A DNA stretch of 64,000 nucleotides from a phage. The notes under the pieces are model-generated. The model was not told the DNA's origin. It saw only the letters and a program-made list of their open reading frames with translations, and searched no databases. Below are positions 28,695 through 38,998 of this stretch, in pieces (positions within the stretch are counted from its first letter, which is position 1; each line of letters begins with the position of its first letter). The stretch lies in sequence record PZ027503.1, one strand, 5' to 3'. The position numbers were made by a program, and so were the translations under genes.

Positions 28695-31571
28695 TTACTC
28701 GGTAACGTCCACACTAATGTTTGCCATTGTCAAAACAGTAAGTGCAGGAATATTGCTCGAATCCAAAACAGGTAATGCATTTTGGGGATTAAGTTTTTTG
28801 TATAAAGCATACAACCCAAAACCACGTAACAACTCTCCAGCGTGGAAGCCAAAGAAGACTCCGTTATCACTGTCTGGTCTAGGAGCAGCACTCCAACAAC
28901 CATTCATAACGTGATTAGGACCAAGAACAATATAATTTTCCTGAATAAGTTCAAAACAGCGATCTGCTACTATTTTAATGTTAGGAATTTCTGAATCATA
29001 TCCAGCCATCCCCATTATAGCACATCCCGCCATAAAGAGCGCAGACATGTGACTTGTAAAGTCATCTACAGGCGCAGCCACTTCTCCGTTGGGATAAAAT
29101 ATTGTTGGTGTTCTTCCTTCGTTGTTATCTTGGAACCACTTCAGGTAGTTGATCCAGTTTTTACAAACTGTTAAAAGTTTTTCAGGAACTTCGGCTCCTC
29201 GTCGCTTTAGTTCGTATACCGTATGACACGCACAGAAGAATGCTCTTGCTTCATAACCATCCCAAGCTTTATCGTTCCAATGATACATTGTGAACTCATT
29301 TTTGTTTCCATATTTATGAGCATCCCAACGATCCCAAACATAAGCTTGTGCCATTGGCCCAGGCATTACAGGGGCAAACTTATTATAAAACCACATTTGT
29401 GAATCATATAAAAAGTCTATACTGTTGTTCATACGAACCCAGTCAATATCTCTCCCTTTAAAACAATATAAGGATGGGTATTGATAACCTGGGTAAGGAA
29501 TACCACGCCAACCGTCATATAATGCTGTATTAGGATCACTAATATTGGAAAATGGGATGATTCCTGGAGTATAATTCAAACTGTCAAGTTTGTAGTCCAG
29601 TATTGTACAATCTCCAAGTTTTGCTGTATAAGGATTTTCAGATGAAACTGTAACCCTGAAATACATTGTGTAATCATCACCAGCGGCTGAAGAATACAAA
29701 GATGGGATATCGTTAACGCAATAAAAGTCGATTGCCCCTGTCAAGCCATTTGCAGGTTCAGAATCCAATGCAATGTTCATCTGATCAACAGCAGTCAGGT
29801 TTATTGACGAAGGTTTTGTCTCTGTGTCATTGTGATTAGGTTGCCAAGTACTTAATTTGAAATCAGCAGGACTTAAAGCTTTAGTAACCCATGCAGAATT
29901 TGTTTTTTCTAACATGGCCCACCATCTCCAACCTGCGGAATCCGTAATAGTGATGTTAAAATCATCTGCGTATGAACGATACGTAATAGATTTTAAATTG
30001 GTTGTTTTAGTTGGTGTTAACCAAAACCCAATAGTAAAACCACCATCTGAATCCATATTAGCAGAAACTATCTGATCACTATTTGTCCCAGCAATACCAG
30101 TTGCATATTTATATTGTATCACAGTATTGCTTCCCCAGTCAACAATGATTCTAGGTTCAGCAATAATATATACACCACCTCCAGGAGGTTCAGTGCGCAT
30201 AAAACTGGATAAAGGTATATCCATCTTAGTCATATTAGCTGCACCAAGAGGTAAGCCACAACGATATGTCACTGTGTCTGTTTCACTCTTAGTCTTGCTT
30301 AATTCTAGCTCTGGACGGAAAAGAACACCTTCCCCTGCATCATCTACACCTTGAAACTCAATACGCAGTTTTGAATTCTGATCTACTCTGAACCAAACTG
30401 CCTGTTGTTCTAGAGTTGTTTGTGCTGCAACATCTTGGCGAATTATTGTGTATCCTAACTCGTCACGAGAATATTTAGGTATTGCTGTAGATGGGTATGA
30501 GTAATCATACGAGATACCATCTGTAAAAGGAATTATTGCTGTCGTAGATCTACGAAAGAATTTATCAAACATATCGATGTTTGAATAGTCTTGACACAAC
30601 AATAAAGAAGATTGCCAGCAAAGCCAGTATTTTCTCTCTCCTGTGATCTGATACATCAAGTAGTTTGCATCACACCACCACGTTTCAGCATCGGAAGCAT
30701 TGTCTTGATAACCTAACTCTACCGGAACGTTTACAGGACGGTTATGCCACATCTCATTACGCTTAAGCAGATATCCACCGTGTTCTACAGGGTTGCATGT
30801 AGCGTAGTTGAATTTATAGTCACCGTTCACAGAAGCGTTTTTAAGTTGCACTGTTCCATATTCTGCAAAGCTATGACCAGTAGATAAAATATTACCATCC
30901 CAATCAACTTTACGTCCTAGACGATCTATAATCCATTCAACGTCCCACTGATCTCCATATTCTTTCCAGTTGGTTGAACCATCTGGGTTAGTTGCATACA
31001 CTGTTGCGTTAACAGAGTTCCAACCAAGATTACCATTGAAAGCAAACCAAGCTTTATCTAAGTATTCTCCCCAATGTGGCGCACCTTTAGGAATAACAGT
31101 CCTTCCGTTAATCCAAGTCATCATGCTACCTTTGAACCCACCGTGCGTAGGATACCCATCATCTGTGAGAGGGTAGTGTGCTAAACGTGGTTCTTTACCA
31201 TTGATGATCCAGTTGGGACGATACTTAGCTGGAGGATCAGGAATAGGTTGGCCCCCGAAGAAGTGATCTATATATGCTTGCCAATACTTCTCGGCAGATT
31301 CAAGATATTTTTTATCTCCTGTAGCCAAATATGCATAAGCAAAACCAGTGATAAGCACAGATTGACCTTCGGTAGTAGCGTCACCGTTTGGTTGCCCTTC
31401 CTGCGCTGTCCAGTTAATAAAGTGTCTGTTGTTCGCCAATACGTTTTGTGGGTTGATAATGTAGTGCTGAACCGTAGGATCTATGGTAAGACCAGTATTT
31501 CTTTCCAAAAACTGAACCAACCCTTCAATCAACTGAAACGTGTTGTCAATATTGTGCTTAACTCTTGACAT
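28695..31571 (-). CDS. large tail-associated protein (958 aa), possible carbohydrate-active receptor-binding protein
   Basis: ORF track; Trp/Tyr-rich globular composition; synteny. Confidence 0.5.
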   Translation of the reverse strand: MSRVKHNIDNTFQLIEGLVQFLERNTGLTIDPTVQHYIINPQNVLANNRHFINWTAQEGQPNGDATTEGQSVLITGFAYAYLATGDKKYLESAEKYWQAYIDHFFGGQPIPDPPAKYRPNWIINGKEPRLAHYPLTDDGYPTHGGFKGSMMTWINGRTVIPKGAPHWGEYLDKAWFAFNGNLGWNSVNATVYATNPDGSTNWKEYGDQWDVEWIIDRLGRKVDWDGNILSTGHSFAEYGTVQLKNASVNGDYKFNYATCNPVEHGGYLLKRNEMWHNRPVNVPVELGYQDNASDAETWWCDANYLMYQITGERKYWLCWQSSLLLCQDYSNIDMFDKFFRRSTTAIIPFTDGISYDYSYPSTAIPKYSRDELGYTIIRQDVAAQTTLEQQAVWFRVDQNSKLRIEFQGVDDAGEGVLFRPELELSKTKSETDTVTYRCGLPLGAANMTKMDIPLSSFMRTEPPGGGVYIIAEPRIIVDWGSNTVIQYKYATGIAGTNSDQIVSANMDSDGGFTIGFWLTPTKTTNLKSITYRSYADDFNITITDSAGWRWWAMLEKTNSAWVTKALSPADFKLSTWQPNHNDTETKPSSINLTAVDQMNIALDSEPANGLTGAIDFYCVNDIPSLYSSAAGDDYTMYFRVTVSSENPYTAKLGDCTILDYKLDSLNYTPGIIPFSNISDPNTALYDGWRGIPYPGYQYPSLYCFKGRDIDWVRMNNSIDFLYDSQMWFYNKFAPVMPGPMAQAYVWDRWDAHKYGNKNEFTMYHWNDKAWDGYEARAFFCACHTVYELKRRGAEVPEKLLTVCKNWINYLKWFQDNNEGRTPTIFYPNGEVAAPVDDFTSHMSALFMAGCAIMGMAGYDSEIPNIKIVADRCFELIQENYIVLGPNHVMNGCWSAAPRPDSDNGVFFGFHAGELLRGFGLYALYKKLNPQNALPVLDSSNIPALTVLTMANISVDVTE

Positions 31572-32044
31572 TAAATAACTCCTGCTAAAACTAAGCTACC
31601 TGTCCAAGTTGCTCCATTATCATAACTGATAAACTCAAAAGTGTCTGTTGCACCTTGACGATAACTCAAAACTGGGGGGCGACCAAAACTCCATTTTACA
31701 GAAGAAGGCCATACGACTTTATTTGCACCACTTCCTTGACGCAAAGCTAAAGTAAAGTTTAAAACTGCATTTGTTGCTACTGGAATATTAGTAAAACTAA
31801 TTGTGCACGTTGCAGAAGATAAAGTTGCAGAAAAATATTCTGCTGAACTAATATCTAATGCCAAGGTGCTAGTTACTGTTCCCCGTGCATTCAGACGGTT
31901 TCTAGTTACCCCTGCACCACTCAACAGCACTTTCAAAGAAGTTTTCTTTGTTATTCCAGCCTGATCTGTTACAAAGAAATCTGTATCAGACACAGAGGTT
32001 GTTTGTGTAAGATCAGAAATTTTGATCGTAGTTAAATCTGCCAT
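31571..32044 (-). CDS. hypothetical tail/baseplate protein (157 aa)
   Basis: ORF track; start/stop overlap with neighbours. Confidence 0.45.
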   Translation of the reverse strand: MADLTTIKISDLTQTTSVSDTDFFVTDQAGITKKTSLKVLLSGAGVTRNRLNARGTVTSTLALDISSAEYFSATLSSATCTISFTNIPVATNAVLNFTLALRQGSGANKVVWPSSVKWSFGRPPVLSYRQGATDTFEFISYDNGATWTGSLVLAGVI

Positions 32045-32670
32045 TACTCTTCTACTCCTGTCATAGCGGTTATACCGAAGTCATTGTTTGTAGCTAATGC
32101 ATCACCTTTTTCGTTAACCATGATTCTTTCCACTGCTGACTCTGTAGACCATTCATTCCACCAAGTAGAGTAGGTATCACGTGGCAAACCAACAAAGTTG
32201 ATAAAGCGATAAAGTCTATTCGAATTCTCAACAATACTGTAAGCTTCACAAATGATCGCTGCATTGTCTTCACCAGCTTCAGGGTAAATAAACTCTTCAG
32301 AAGGTTGAGTATTGAATATAGATGTTACTGTATCTGCTCCAACTGTGACCATAACTGTCATTGAGTAATAACGTTGGTCCATATCATAAGCAGATTTATA
32401 ACTGTTTATTGTATCTACGTAAACGTTTTTGGCAATCTCTGCTAAAAATATTCTATCTACAATATCTTTCTTTCTGGCAACACCAATAATCTCTTGTAAA
32501 TAAGGAACACCGAAGTTAGTATTTAAAAACCACTCTCCACGATACGTGTTCAGAGTTATCCCAAGAGTTTGTGCTGCAATTTCTGTTCTGGTTGTGGTAA
32601 GGACCAAATCCCCATCGTCCATGATGAGGTCGTTGTTTGGTCCAAGTTTTAAGTCAAAAGGGATTCCCAT
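32044..32670 (-). CDS. putative baseplate protein (208 aa)
   Basis: ORF track; synteny. Confidence 0.45.
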   Translation of the reverse strand: MGIPFDLKLGPNNDLIMDDGDLVLTTTRTEIAAQTLGITLNTYRGEWFLNTNFGVPYLQEIIGVARKKDIVDRIFLAEIAKNVYVDTINSYKSAYDMDQRYYSMTVMVTVGADTVTSIFNTQPSEEFIYPEAGEDNAAIICEAYSIVENSNRLYRFINFVGLPRDTYSTWWNEWSTESAVERIMVNEKGDALATNNDFGITAMTGVEE

Positions 32671-32671
32671 G

Positions 32672-33406
32672 TTAGGCTCCTGTTGGTTTTAAGGACTCGG
32701 CACTTGAGCTACCGCTCTGAATATTACGAACCGTGTGCGTGTGAGTATGGAATCCGATGCCATTACCATCTGTCATCAAACCGTTCTGATCTATTTTAAG
32801 ACCATTGATATCTGCTACGCCGCCTTTGAAAGTTAAATTACCACCTTTTAGATCCAAAGTCCCTGTGCCGTCTGTAATAGTAATACCGGAGGTAGTAATA
32901 TCTATTTTCATCCCTTGACTATTCCATATTGAAATATTACCTGTAGGGTCGAAAGAAGCGTACGTGTTTTTGTTATTAGAAATAACTACCTTTTCAGAAT
33001 CTACAGCTTCTGTTGAATCTGTTCCTGTAGCTATTTTGGGAATAAAACAAATAGGGTATAATCCACAAGGCTGCATAAAAGTGGATGATGAAGAGGTTTC
33101 TCCACTAGTTTGCAGTGCATTAGAAGGATCTCTTTCAGAAAATATAACAGTTCCTAAATCGCCAGCTTTAATAGGGAATGAGATTCTTCCTGTCCCACCC
33201 CCATTAACCATAAAAGGAACATCTTCAAAAGTAGGGTAATCTATTTCATCTTCACTAGATCGTGTGTTTTTAACAATAGATTCTAAAGTGACAGTTTTAG
33301 CACTATAATTAACGCCAGTCACACGGACTGGCAGGGCTGTATGGACTTCTGCTAATTGTTCTGTCATTAAGCCACGCATTGCTGTGACAAAATTTAATGC
33401 ATCCAT
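32672..33406 (-). CDS. putative baseplate central spike protein
   Basis: C-terminal GFHTHTHTV His-repeat resembling metal-binding spike-tip motifs. Confidence 0.4.
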   Translation of the reverse strand: MDALNFVTAMRGLMTEQLAEVHTALPVRVTGVNYSAKTVTLESIVKNTRSSEDEIDYPTFEDVPFMVNGGGTGRISFPIKAGDLGTVIFSERDPSNALQTSGETSSSSTFMQPCGLYPICFIPKIATGTDSTEAVDSEKVVISNNKNTYASFDPTGNISIWNSQGMKIDITTSGITITDGTGTLDLKGGNLTFKGGVADINGLKIDQNGLMTDGNGIGFHTHTHTVRNIQSGSSSAESLKPTGA

Positions 33407-34416
33407 TATTTCTCCTTAGTCATTATTTCAGACACGGATACACATTCCACTTCAGTAACCCACTCTTTACCTTCTTTATCCCCATTGTGGGAAACAGAGA
33501 CTACTTTAAATGGACCATCATAATCTCGGCTTTTTAACCAGATTGTTTTTTCTGGTAAGATTGCACCATTCATTTGGCATTTAAATTTAACACCATCTGT
33601 AGGTTTCTTTGCCTTCTTAGAGGATTTGGTAACTTTTTTAGTAGGTTTAATATCGTTGTGGAATGGTTCTGGGCTTCCTATTAAACCAGTTTCAGGACTA
33701 ATGTAGGCGCTACGTGCACTAGACATTTGGGAACGTGGAGTAACATAAACAGATCCGTCTTGTATTGACACATTGTGATCAATACTCTTACAAATATGTT
33801 CTAGGTAATGTGAAGTGTTCCCACACATAGCTGTTGCTGAAGATAAGGTTTGGTCATTGTCTACATGTATATTACCTTCTGTAGTCCCTAAATCCTTTAC
33901 CAAATCTGTCACAACACGTTTGATTTTAGTTCCTTTTGGGTAACTGCGGCTTGTTCTTGCTTCTGCAATGTTAATACCACCATCCAAACAGTGTAAAGTG
34001 GTTTTCCTGTCTACCGAGTCAAAAGTATCACTAACCCACTGGATAGTTCCTTTGAAGATCATAACCAACTCTTCACCTTCGTATCCTACCGCTAAAGCAA
34101 CAGCCAAGTTATTTCGGATACCACGGTTTATATAGTTAACAGTATCATCTGAAAGGTTATAAACTACAATCTCTGCTTGGTTAGGATCTTTGTTATTATC
34201 TTTCTTAATACTGAAGGTTATTTGATGGTCTTGCAACAAATACAAATTAGAAGAGGATTTTTCTGTTGTCCCTAACTTGGTATCCAAATCTACTGTAGAT
34301 TTAAATGCCGAGTTCTTAGTTCTCTTCTGTATTGTGTTTGTGGCAGAACCAATTAATAATTTGTATGCCCTGTTTAAATTAGGGGCAGGGGCTTTTGTAT
34401 ACTCTCTTTCTGCCAT
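33406..34416 (-). CDS. putative baseplate hub protein (336 aa)
   Basis: ORF track; synteny. Confidence 0.45.
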   Translation of the reverse strand: MAEREYTKAPAPNLNRAYKLLIGSATNTIQKRTKNSAFKSTVDLDTKLGTTEKSSSNLYLLQDHQITFSIKKDNNKDPNQAEIVVYNLSDDTVNYINRGIRNNLAVALAVGYEGEELVMIFKGTIQWVSDTFDSVDRKTTLHCLDGGINIAEARTSRSYPKGTKIKRVVTDLVKDLGTTEGNIHVDNDQTLSSATAMCGNTSHYLEHICKSIDHNVSIQDGSVYVTPRSQMSSARSAYISPETGLIGSPEPFHNDIKPTKKVTKSSKKAKKPTDGVKFKCQMNGAILPEKTIWLKSRDYDGPFKVVSVSHNGDKEGKEWVTEVECVSVSEIMTKEK

Positions 34417-34425
34417 ATTATCTCC

Positions 34426-34839
34426 TTACGCCTGATTAGGTTTGTTATCAATATAAACCAATACAAAACGTTTATCTCGACCTGTAGTTGTATACCCAGG
34501 ACGACCATTAATCTTAACTGTATCTACTATATACAATTGACCATCTGGTACACTTTCAAGATATTTATAAGGTTTAAGAAGATCTAAACCATTTGTAACT
34601 TTGAAACTTATACTCGGATCATCTCCAGATAATCCCATTTGACATTGCCAAGATTCGTCCCTAGTGTTCCACCTTAAACGAATGTCATAATCAACTCCAT
34701 CCAATGTAACTGTATATGTTTGATCAGGGTACTCTTCAGTTTTCAGATACCATGCAAAATAAGTAGAATGGTCCTCCAGATAAACTGCACTGTAGCCAGT
34801 ATTACTTGTAGACCTTGTTGTTTTAGAATAAGTTGTCAC
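34426..34839 (-). CDS. hypothetical tail protein (137 aa)
   Basis: ORF track. Confidence 0.45.
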   Translation of the reverse strand: MTTYSKTTRSTSNTGYSAVYLEDHSTYFAWYLKTEEYPDQTYTVTLDGVDYDIRLRWNTRDESWQCQMGLSGDDPSISFKVTNGLDLLKPYKYLESVPDGQLYIVDTVKINGRPGYTTTGRDKRFVLVYIDNKPNQA

Positions 34840-34841
34840 TA

Positions 34842-35543
34842 TTAACCTCCGTTGTTTGTTGGGGTATTAGTAGCTTCAGCAGTTCTTACTGTAATATCTG
34901 ACTTAGGACCATTAGAAGCAACTTGACCTTTCACATCACCGCCAGTTGACTTATTTGGTGCTGTTTTTACAGCAATAGCGTTAGTAGTGGCCTTAGAAAC
35001 GAGACGGATTTGTTCAAACTCTAAATCAAATTGCATAGCAAATTCAGATTTATAATCATATGAATAACCTTTGAGAATAACATTTTCAAAAGTTCTGTGT
35101 TCTGTCAAAAGAACTATTGGTTGTCTTGACTCAAATATTTGATCTAGATATTCTATTGCTTGAGAAATCCTTGCCCCATTTACACCTGCACTGTATAATT
35201 GATCTCGCATAAGCCGAATTGGTGTTTCGGTAATTATACCTGAAAGTTTAAATCTGTTGTTTTTTATTTGAACGTGGTCGCTTACATCCGATCCCGATTC
35301 TACTGGAAAACTTGTAACATCTGCCTCACGAGTTACACCTATTTCAGGGACTGAATCGAAAGTAATTGCTTTAAAGTTTTGAATGTATTGATCACTTGAA
35401 CTATTATAAACACTTGCTAAAATGCAGAAACCATTATCACCCTTTACAGTAGATGCCGAGGTATTTTTATTCTCGGTAGAGTTGATTTCCTGTTCTGCCT
35501 TATAGACGGCTCTCACCGACTGTTGTGGAGTCATTGCTGCCAT
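34842..35543 (-). CDS. hypothetical tail protein (233 aa)
   Basis: ORF track. Confidence 0.45.
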   Translation of the reverse strand: MAAMTPQQSVRAVYKAEQEINSTENKNTSASTVKGDNGFCILASVYNSSSDQYIQNFKAITFDSVPEIGVTREADVTSFPVESGSDVSDHVQIKNNRFKLSGIITETPIRLMRDQLYSAGVNGARISQAIEYLDQIFESRQPIVLLTEHRTFENVILKGYSYDYKSEFAMQFDLEFEQIRLVSKATTNAIAVKTAPNKSTGGDVKGQVASNGPKSDITVRTAEATNTPTNNGG

Positions 35544-35669
35544 GATAACCTCGTAGTAATGATAATGCCAAAAGGAAGATGCAAGATCTTCCCATATTGA
35601 TTATTGTAACACATATAGAAACTTCGTGTCAAGGGAAACGAAAAAACCCCGCCGAAGCGAGGTATTTTA

Positions 35670-37658
35670 TTAACCACCAGTGTTAGATTGTCCACTTAGA
35701 GTTGAAAGAGACAAACGTTGGAAAATGCTATTTCCGCTATTTTGAATTCTTGCATCAAGAATATTTCCAAACTCGGAAGAAGGGCTGATCGTAACTTTGA
35801 TAAGATCACTTGGTATTGCTACCGTATTCTCAACAACAGGTTGATTACGAGCCAAACTTACGTTAGGTGTATAGGCTGATTCACGTAAATCTTCAAGAGG
35901 ATTACCAAATCCAAAAGCACGTGTCCTTGTTTGTTCTCCTCTCCACATACGACCAATATCTTGTGTATCAATACCTGTTAAATTGTACAACCAATCTGCT
36001 ACAGGGTTACTGTCTCCACTTTGCGTTGCCTCGTATGCTTTTTGTGCCATAGATTTATTAGGATCTGTGTTGTCTCCGAAGGTATCTGGGAATGTTTCTT
36101 TAAGCCAATTGGTAAAAGATCCGAAACCATCTCCCAATTCTTTAGCAAAACCACCAAGTTGAACTGTTGTTTTACCAAGTTCTTCACCTAAATCTTTGGC
36201 AAACTGATCTAGCACTTTAACGTTATCCAACCAAGAATCATCTTTAGGTAAGGCTTTCACAAAACCCTCTAAGAAATGGTTCTGCATACCTTGACCTACA
36301 AGCTGAACTGTTGCAGCAAAACGAGTAAACTCTTTAGAAGCATCTATTTGTTCTTGAGTTAATGTTGCACCTGTTCTTTGAAGCATTTTCAATACCTCAT
36401 TATACCCTTCGCCGTTTTTACTAAACATGCGCTGGTAGTGCATAAGGTCGTCACCAAGGTTTTCAAGAAGTCGCCCGATTTGAGCAGAGTTCATACCTCG
36501 ACGCTCACCTTCATTAACAGTAGCCTGAATAAAAGCTAAAGGGTCGTTCTGTAAAGGTTTAAGCTGTTCTGGATTCCATCCAAACAAGTTCATAATGTCA
36601 TTTATGCCATTATCCCCGCCTTTCCACTTCCCTTCTTTCTCATTCCATTTTGAGGCTAAAACTGTATTACCAAGACGTTCACGAACGTCTTTAATATTAT
36701 CTATTGATTTAATAATATTTGCAGAGTCTACACCGTTCTGTTCACCCCAAGCTGTCATTGCCAAAATAGCGTTGGCGTTTGTCTGAACGTTTTCAGCGCC
36801 ACGACTTACAAGTTTAATTCTTTCGTTAGTATTCATCAACGTGTTACCAACTACAGAACCACCTGCAAACAGCCCAGCACCTATCAAAGAGGATGCAATC
36901 ATACGTGGATTAAGACCTGCTGCACCTTCTTTTAATTGTCCATATCGACGATCACGATCACGTTTTTGTTGAGCTAATTCACGCTTACGGTTGCGTTCTA
37001 TATCTCTAAGTTCACGATTTCGCATACGTATACGCATTTTAGCTTCTGCTTCTAGCTCTCTACGAATACGGCGACGACCGCGAACCTCGTCTTCTATTTC
37101 AGCATTCTTTTCACGATGAGATCTGCGTAAGGCATCTAACTGGTGAGCAAGAGCTTGGTTCATACGTTGAAGAGTTATTTCACCCTTTTTGTATTGCTCT
37201 ACAGCTTTACCCATAACGTCTCTAGCTTCTTGCATAGCGCCAGGGCTGGCTTTACTAAATGCTTTTGCTCGGTAGTTAAAGTTTTGCAAACGAAGATTAC
37301 CTAAGTCTTCCCTACGTGCTGCTGCTTTAGCTTCGCGTTCAGCCGCTTTACGAGCTTTTTCTTCTTCTCTTCCTTGCGGGGTTTTAGGAGTTCTTGGTCT
37401 GCCAGATCCACCTACAGGAGCACCCGCTCCAGCGGGAGTAGGTGCTCGCATAGGTTTTTGACTTTGAGTTTGAGCTTTCTTAAGTTCACGCTCAATCTCT
37501 TTCATTTGTTGTCTAAACTTGGTCATGTTCATAGTGGGTTGCATTTTATTTGCAAACTTCTGAACACTCAACACGGCATCTTTTGCTTCCTTGAGACTGT
37601 TCTTGTCCACCTTAAACGTAACCACGTTACTAATTTTGGAGGCGTTAATTTCTAACAA
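35670..37658 (-). CDS. tape measure protein
   Basis: 662 aa; Arg/Glu-rich coiled coil (RRIRRELEAEAKMRIRMRNRELRDIERNRKRELAQQKRDRDRR), hydrophobic glycine-rich segment IGAGLFAGGSVVG; sits between tail chaperones and baseplate. Confidence 0.6.
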   Translation of the reverse strand: MLEINASKISNVVTFKVDKNSLKEAKDAVLSVQKFANKMQPTMNMTKFRQQMKEIERELKKAQTQSQKPMRAPTPAGAGAPVGGSGRPRTPKTPQGREEEKARKAAEREAKAAARREDLGNLRLQNFNYRAKAFSKASPGAMQEARDVMGKAVEQYKKGEITLQRMNQALAHQLDALRRSHREKNAEIEDEVRGRRRIRRELEAEAKMRIRMRNRELRDIERNRKRELAQQKRDRDRRYGQLKEGAAGLNPRMIASSLIGAGLFAGGSVVGNTLMNTNERIKLVSRGAENVQTNANAILAMTAWGEQNGVDSANIIKSIDNIKDVRERLGNTVLASKWNEKEGKWKGGDNGINDIMNLFGWNPEQLKPLQNDPLAFIQATVNEGERRGMNSAQIGRLLENLGDDLMHYQRMFSKNGEGYNEVLKMLQRTGATLTQEQIDASKEFTRFAATVQLVGQGMQNHFLEGFVKALPKDDSWLDNVKVLDQFAKDLGEELGKTTVQLGGFAKELGDGFGSFTNWLKETFPDTFGDNTDPNKSMAQKAYEATQSGDSNPVADWLYNLTGIDTQDIGRMWRGEQTRTRAFGFGNPLEDLRESAYTPNVSLARNQPVVENTVAIPSDLIKVTISPSSEFGNILDARIQNSGNSIFQRLSLSTLSGQSNTGG

Positions 37659-37678
37659 AGTATGTTCCTCGTGTTGGA

Positions 37679-37897
37679 TTAAACAAGTTTCTTAAACAAA
37701 TCTGACATTTTATTTGTCTGGTTTTGATGTTTTCTCTTTATTGAAGTGTCTTTAACATACATGGCTTCAACATACTCTTCGTATGTTAAATACTCATATA
37801 GTTTTAAAAGATAATCTACACCGTAGTTATCCAATGTTTTCAGTGTTTCCGAGGTATCTTTAACGACTTTGCAAAGAATAACCTCATACCACTTCAA
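37679..37897 (-). CDS. hypothetical protein (72 aa), possible tail assembly chaperone
   Basis: ORF track; position upstream of tape measure. Confidence 0.4.
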   Translation of the reverse strand: MKWYEVILCKVVKDTSETLKTLDNYGVDYLLKLYEYLTYEEYVEAMYVKDTSIKRKHQNQTNKMSDLFKKLV

Positions 37898-37944
37898 AGT
37901 AAGGGTTTTCGTTGCTGTGTCGATAGCATGTTCAATCGCAGGTG

Positions 37945-38427
37945 TTAATTTGCTGCTAAACTCGTCATCGCCTGAAGCTGTGTGAACAGTTTTCCGAAAC
38001 CTCGTTTGAAAAAAGGGCCGTAGTTTACCTCCAGAACTTTAGCAGTAAGATCTAACACTAGTTCTGGGTGAGCCATAAATAATTCATCAAAATTTTCTGC
38101 AACGTTATAACCGTCTTGAGTATAAACCTCATCTAAAATTTTACGCAAAAAGACAGTTAAATTCTTTTCTTCCAAACCTGCAAAAAGTTGGATCAGTGCC
38201 ATAGCAATACGTGACTCAAGGTCTTCGTCTGCGGACATTGTTGCTGTGCTATACATAGTCATAGGAACAACCAGAACACTACCTAATTCTGGAATCCTGT
38301 CAAACACTTTAGATGGACTCCACTTCATAATACGGAAAGTAACAGATCTGTTTCCATCTAACGGAATCTCAACTACTTCTTCTGGTCGAGCATATTTTTG
38401 AATTGTGTTATCTTGTTCTTGTGACAT
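37945..38427 (-). CDS. putative tail assembly chaperone (160 aa)
   Basis: ORF track; synteny. Confidence 0.4.
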   Translation of the reverse strand: MSQEQDNTIQKYARPEEVVEIPLDGNRSVTFRIMKWSPSKVFDRIPELGSVLVVPMTMYSTATMSADEDLESRIAMALIQLFAGLEEKNLTVFLRKILDEVYTQDGYNVAENFDELFMAHPELVLDLTAKVLEVNYGPFFKRGFGKLFTQLQAMTSLAAN

Positions 38428-38443
38428 ATTTTCCTCTCTAATG

Positions 38444-38470
38444 ATAAAAAGGGCATTTCTGCCCTTTATT
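38444..38470 (-). terminator. rho-independent terminator or attenuator after tail tube gene
   Basis: AAGGGCA-TTTC-TGCCCTT hairpin followed on the minus strand by TTTTTATCAT. Confidence 0.45.
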
Positions 38471-38472
38471 TA

Positions 38473-38952
38473 TTATTGAATTGTCAGAGCAGAGATTGAG
38501 TTAAGGGTGCTCAAACCTACACCAACTTCATTACGCAGAAGGCTTGCATCTTTAAGACCAATAACCCATTGGTTCTCTGTAATCATTTCGCCAATAGTAT
38601 CTTCAGGCTGACTTTGAATCCATCCAATCGTGCTAATGTAATAGCCACGTGGGTCTTCCAAGTAAACGCTGAATGCTACTTGACGAGTAGAATACATTGT
38701 TTGTGCATATGTTGCAAGTACTTCGTTAGCTGGAGATGTGCGTTGCAAAGACATTGTGAGTGTTCCCAAACGGTTACGACTCAAAGCTAGTGAAACGTCA
38801 CCATCAGTCCCTGAATAAGGGTTGATAATATCGTTAGATTTAGCAATAACGATTTTAGTATCAGCCGCAAAACCCCACGGTTCCCAACCACCTAATGAAA
38901 GGATAACTTGAGATGGGTCGTAGGCCATTACGCCAGTAAGCATTTTATCCAT
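38473..38952 (-). CDS. putative tail tube protein (159 aa)
   Basis: Size and position immediately downstream of sheath gene. Confidence 0.5.
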   Translation of the reverse strand: MDKMLTGVMAYDPSQVILSLGGWEPWGFAADTKIVIAKSNDIINPYSGTDGDVSLALSRNRLGTLTMSLQRTSPANEVLATYAQTMYSTRQVAFSVYLEDPRGYYISTIGWIQSQPEDTIGEMITENQWVIGLKDASLLRNEVGVGLSTLNSISALTIQ

Positions 38953-38998
38953 TATAGATCCTCTTTATTTTGATAACGGGGGCTTAACCCCCGCCGTA

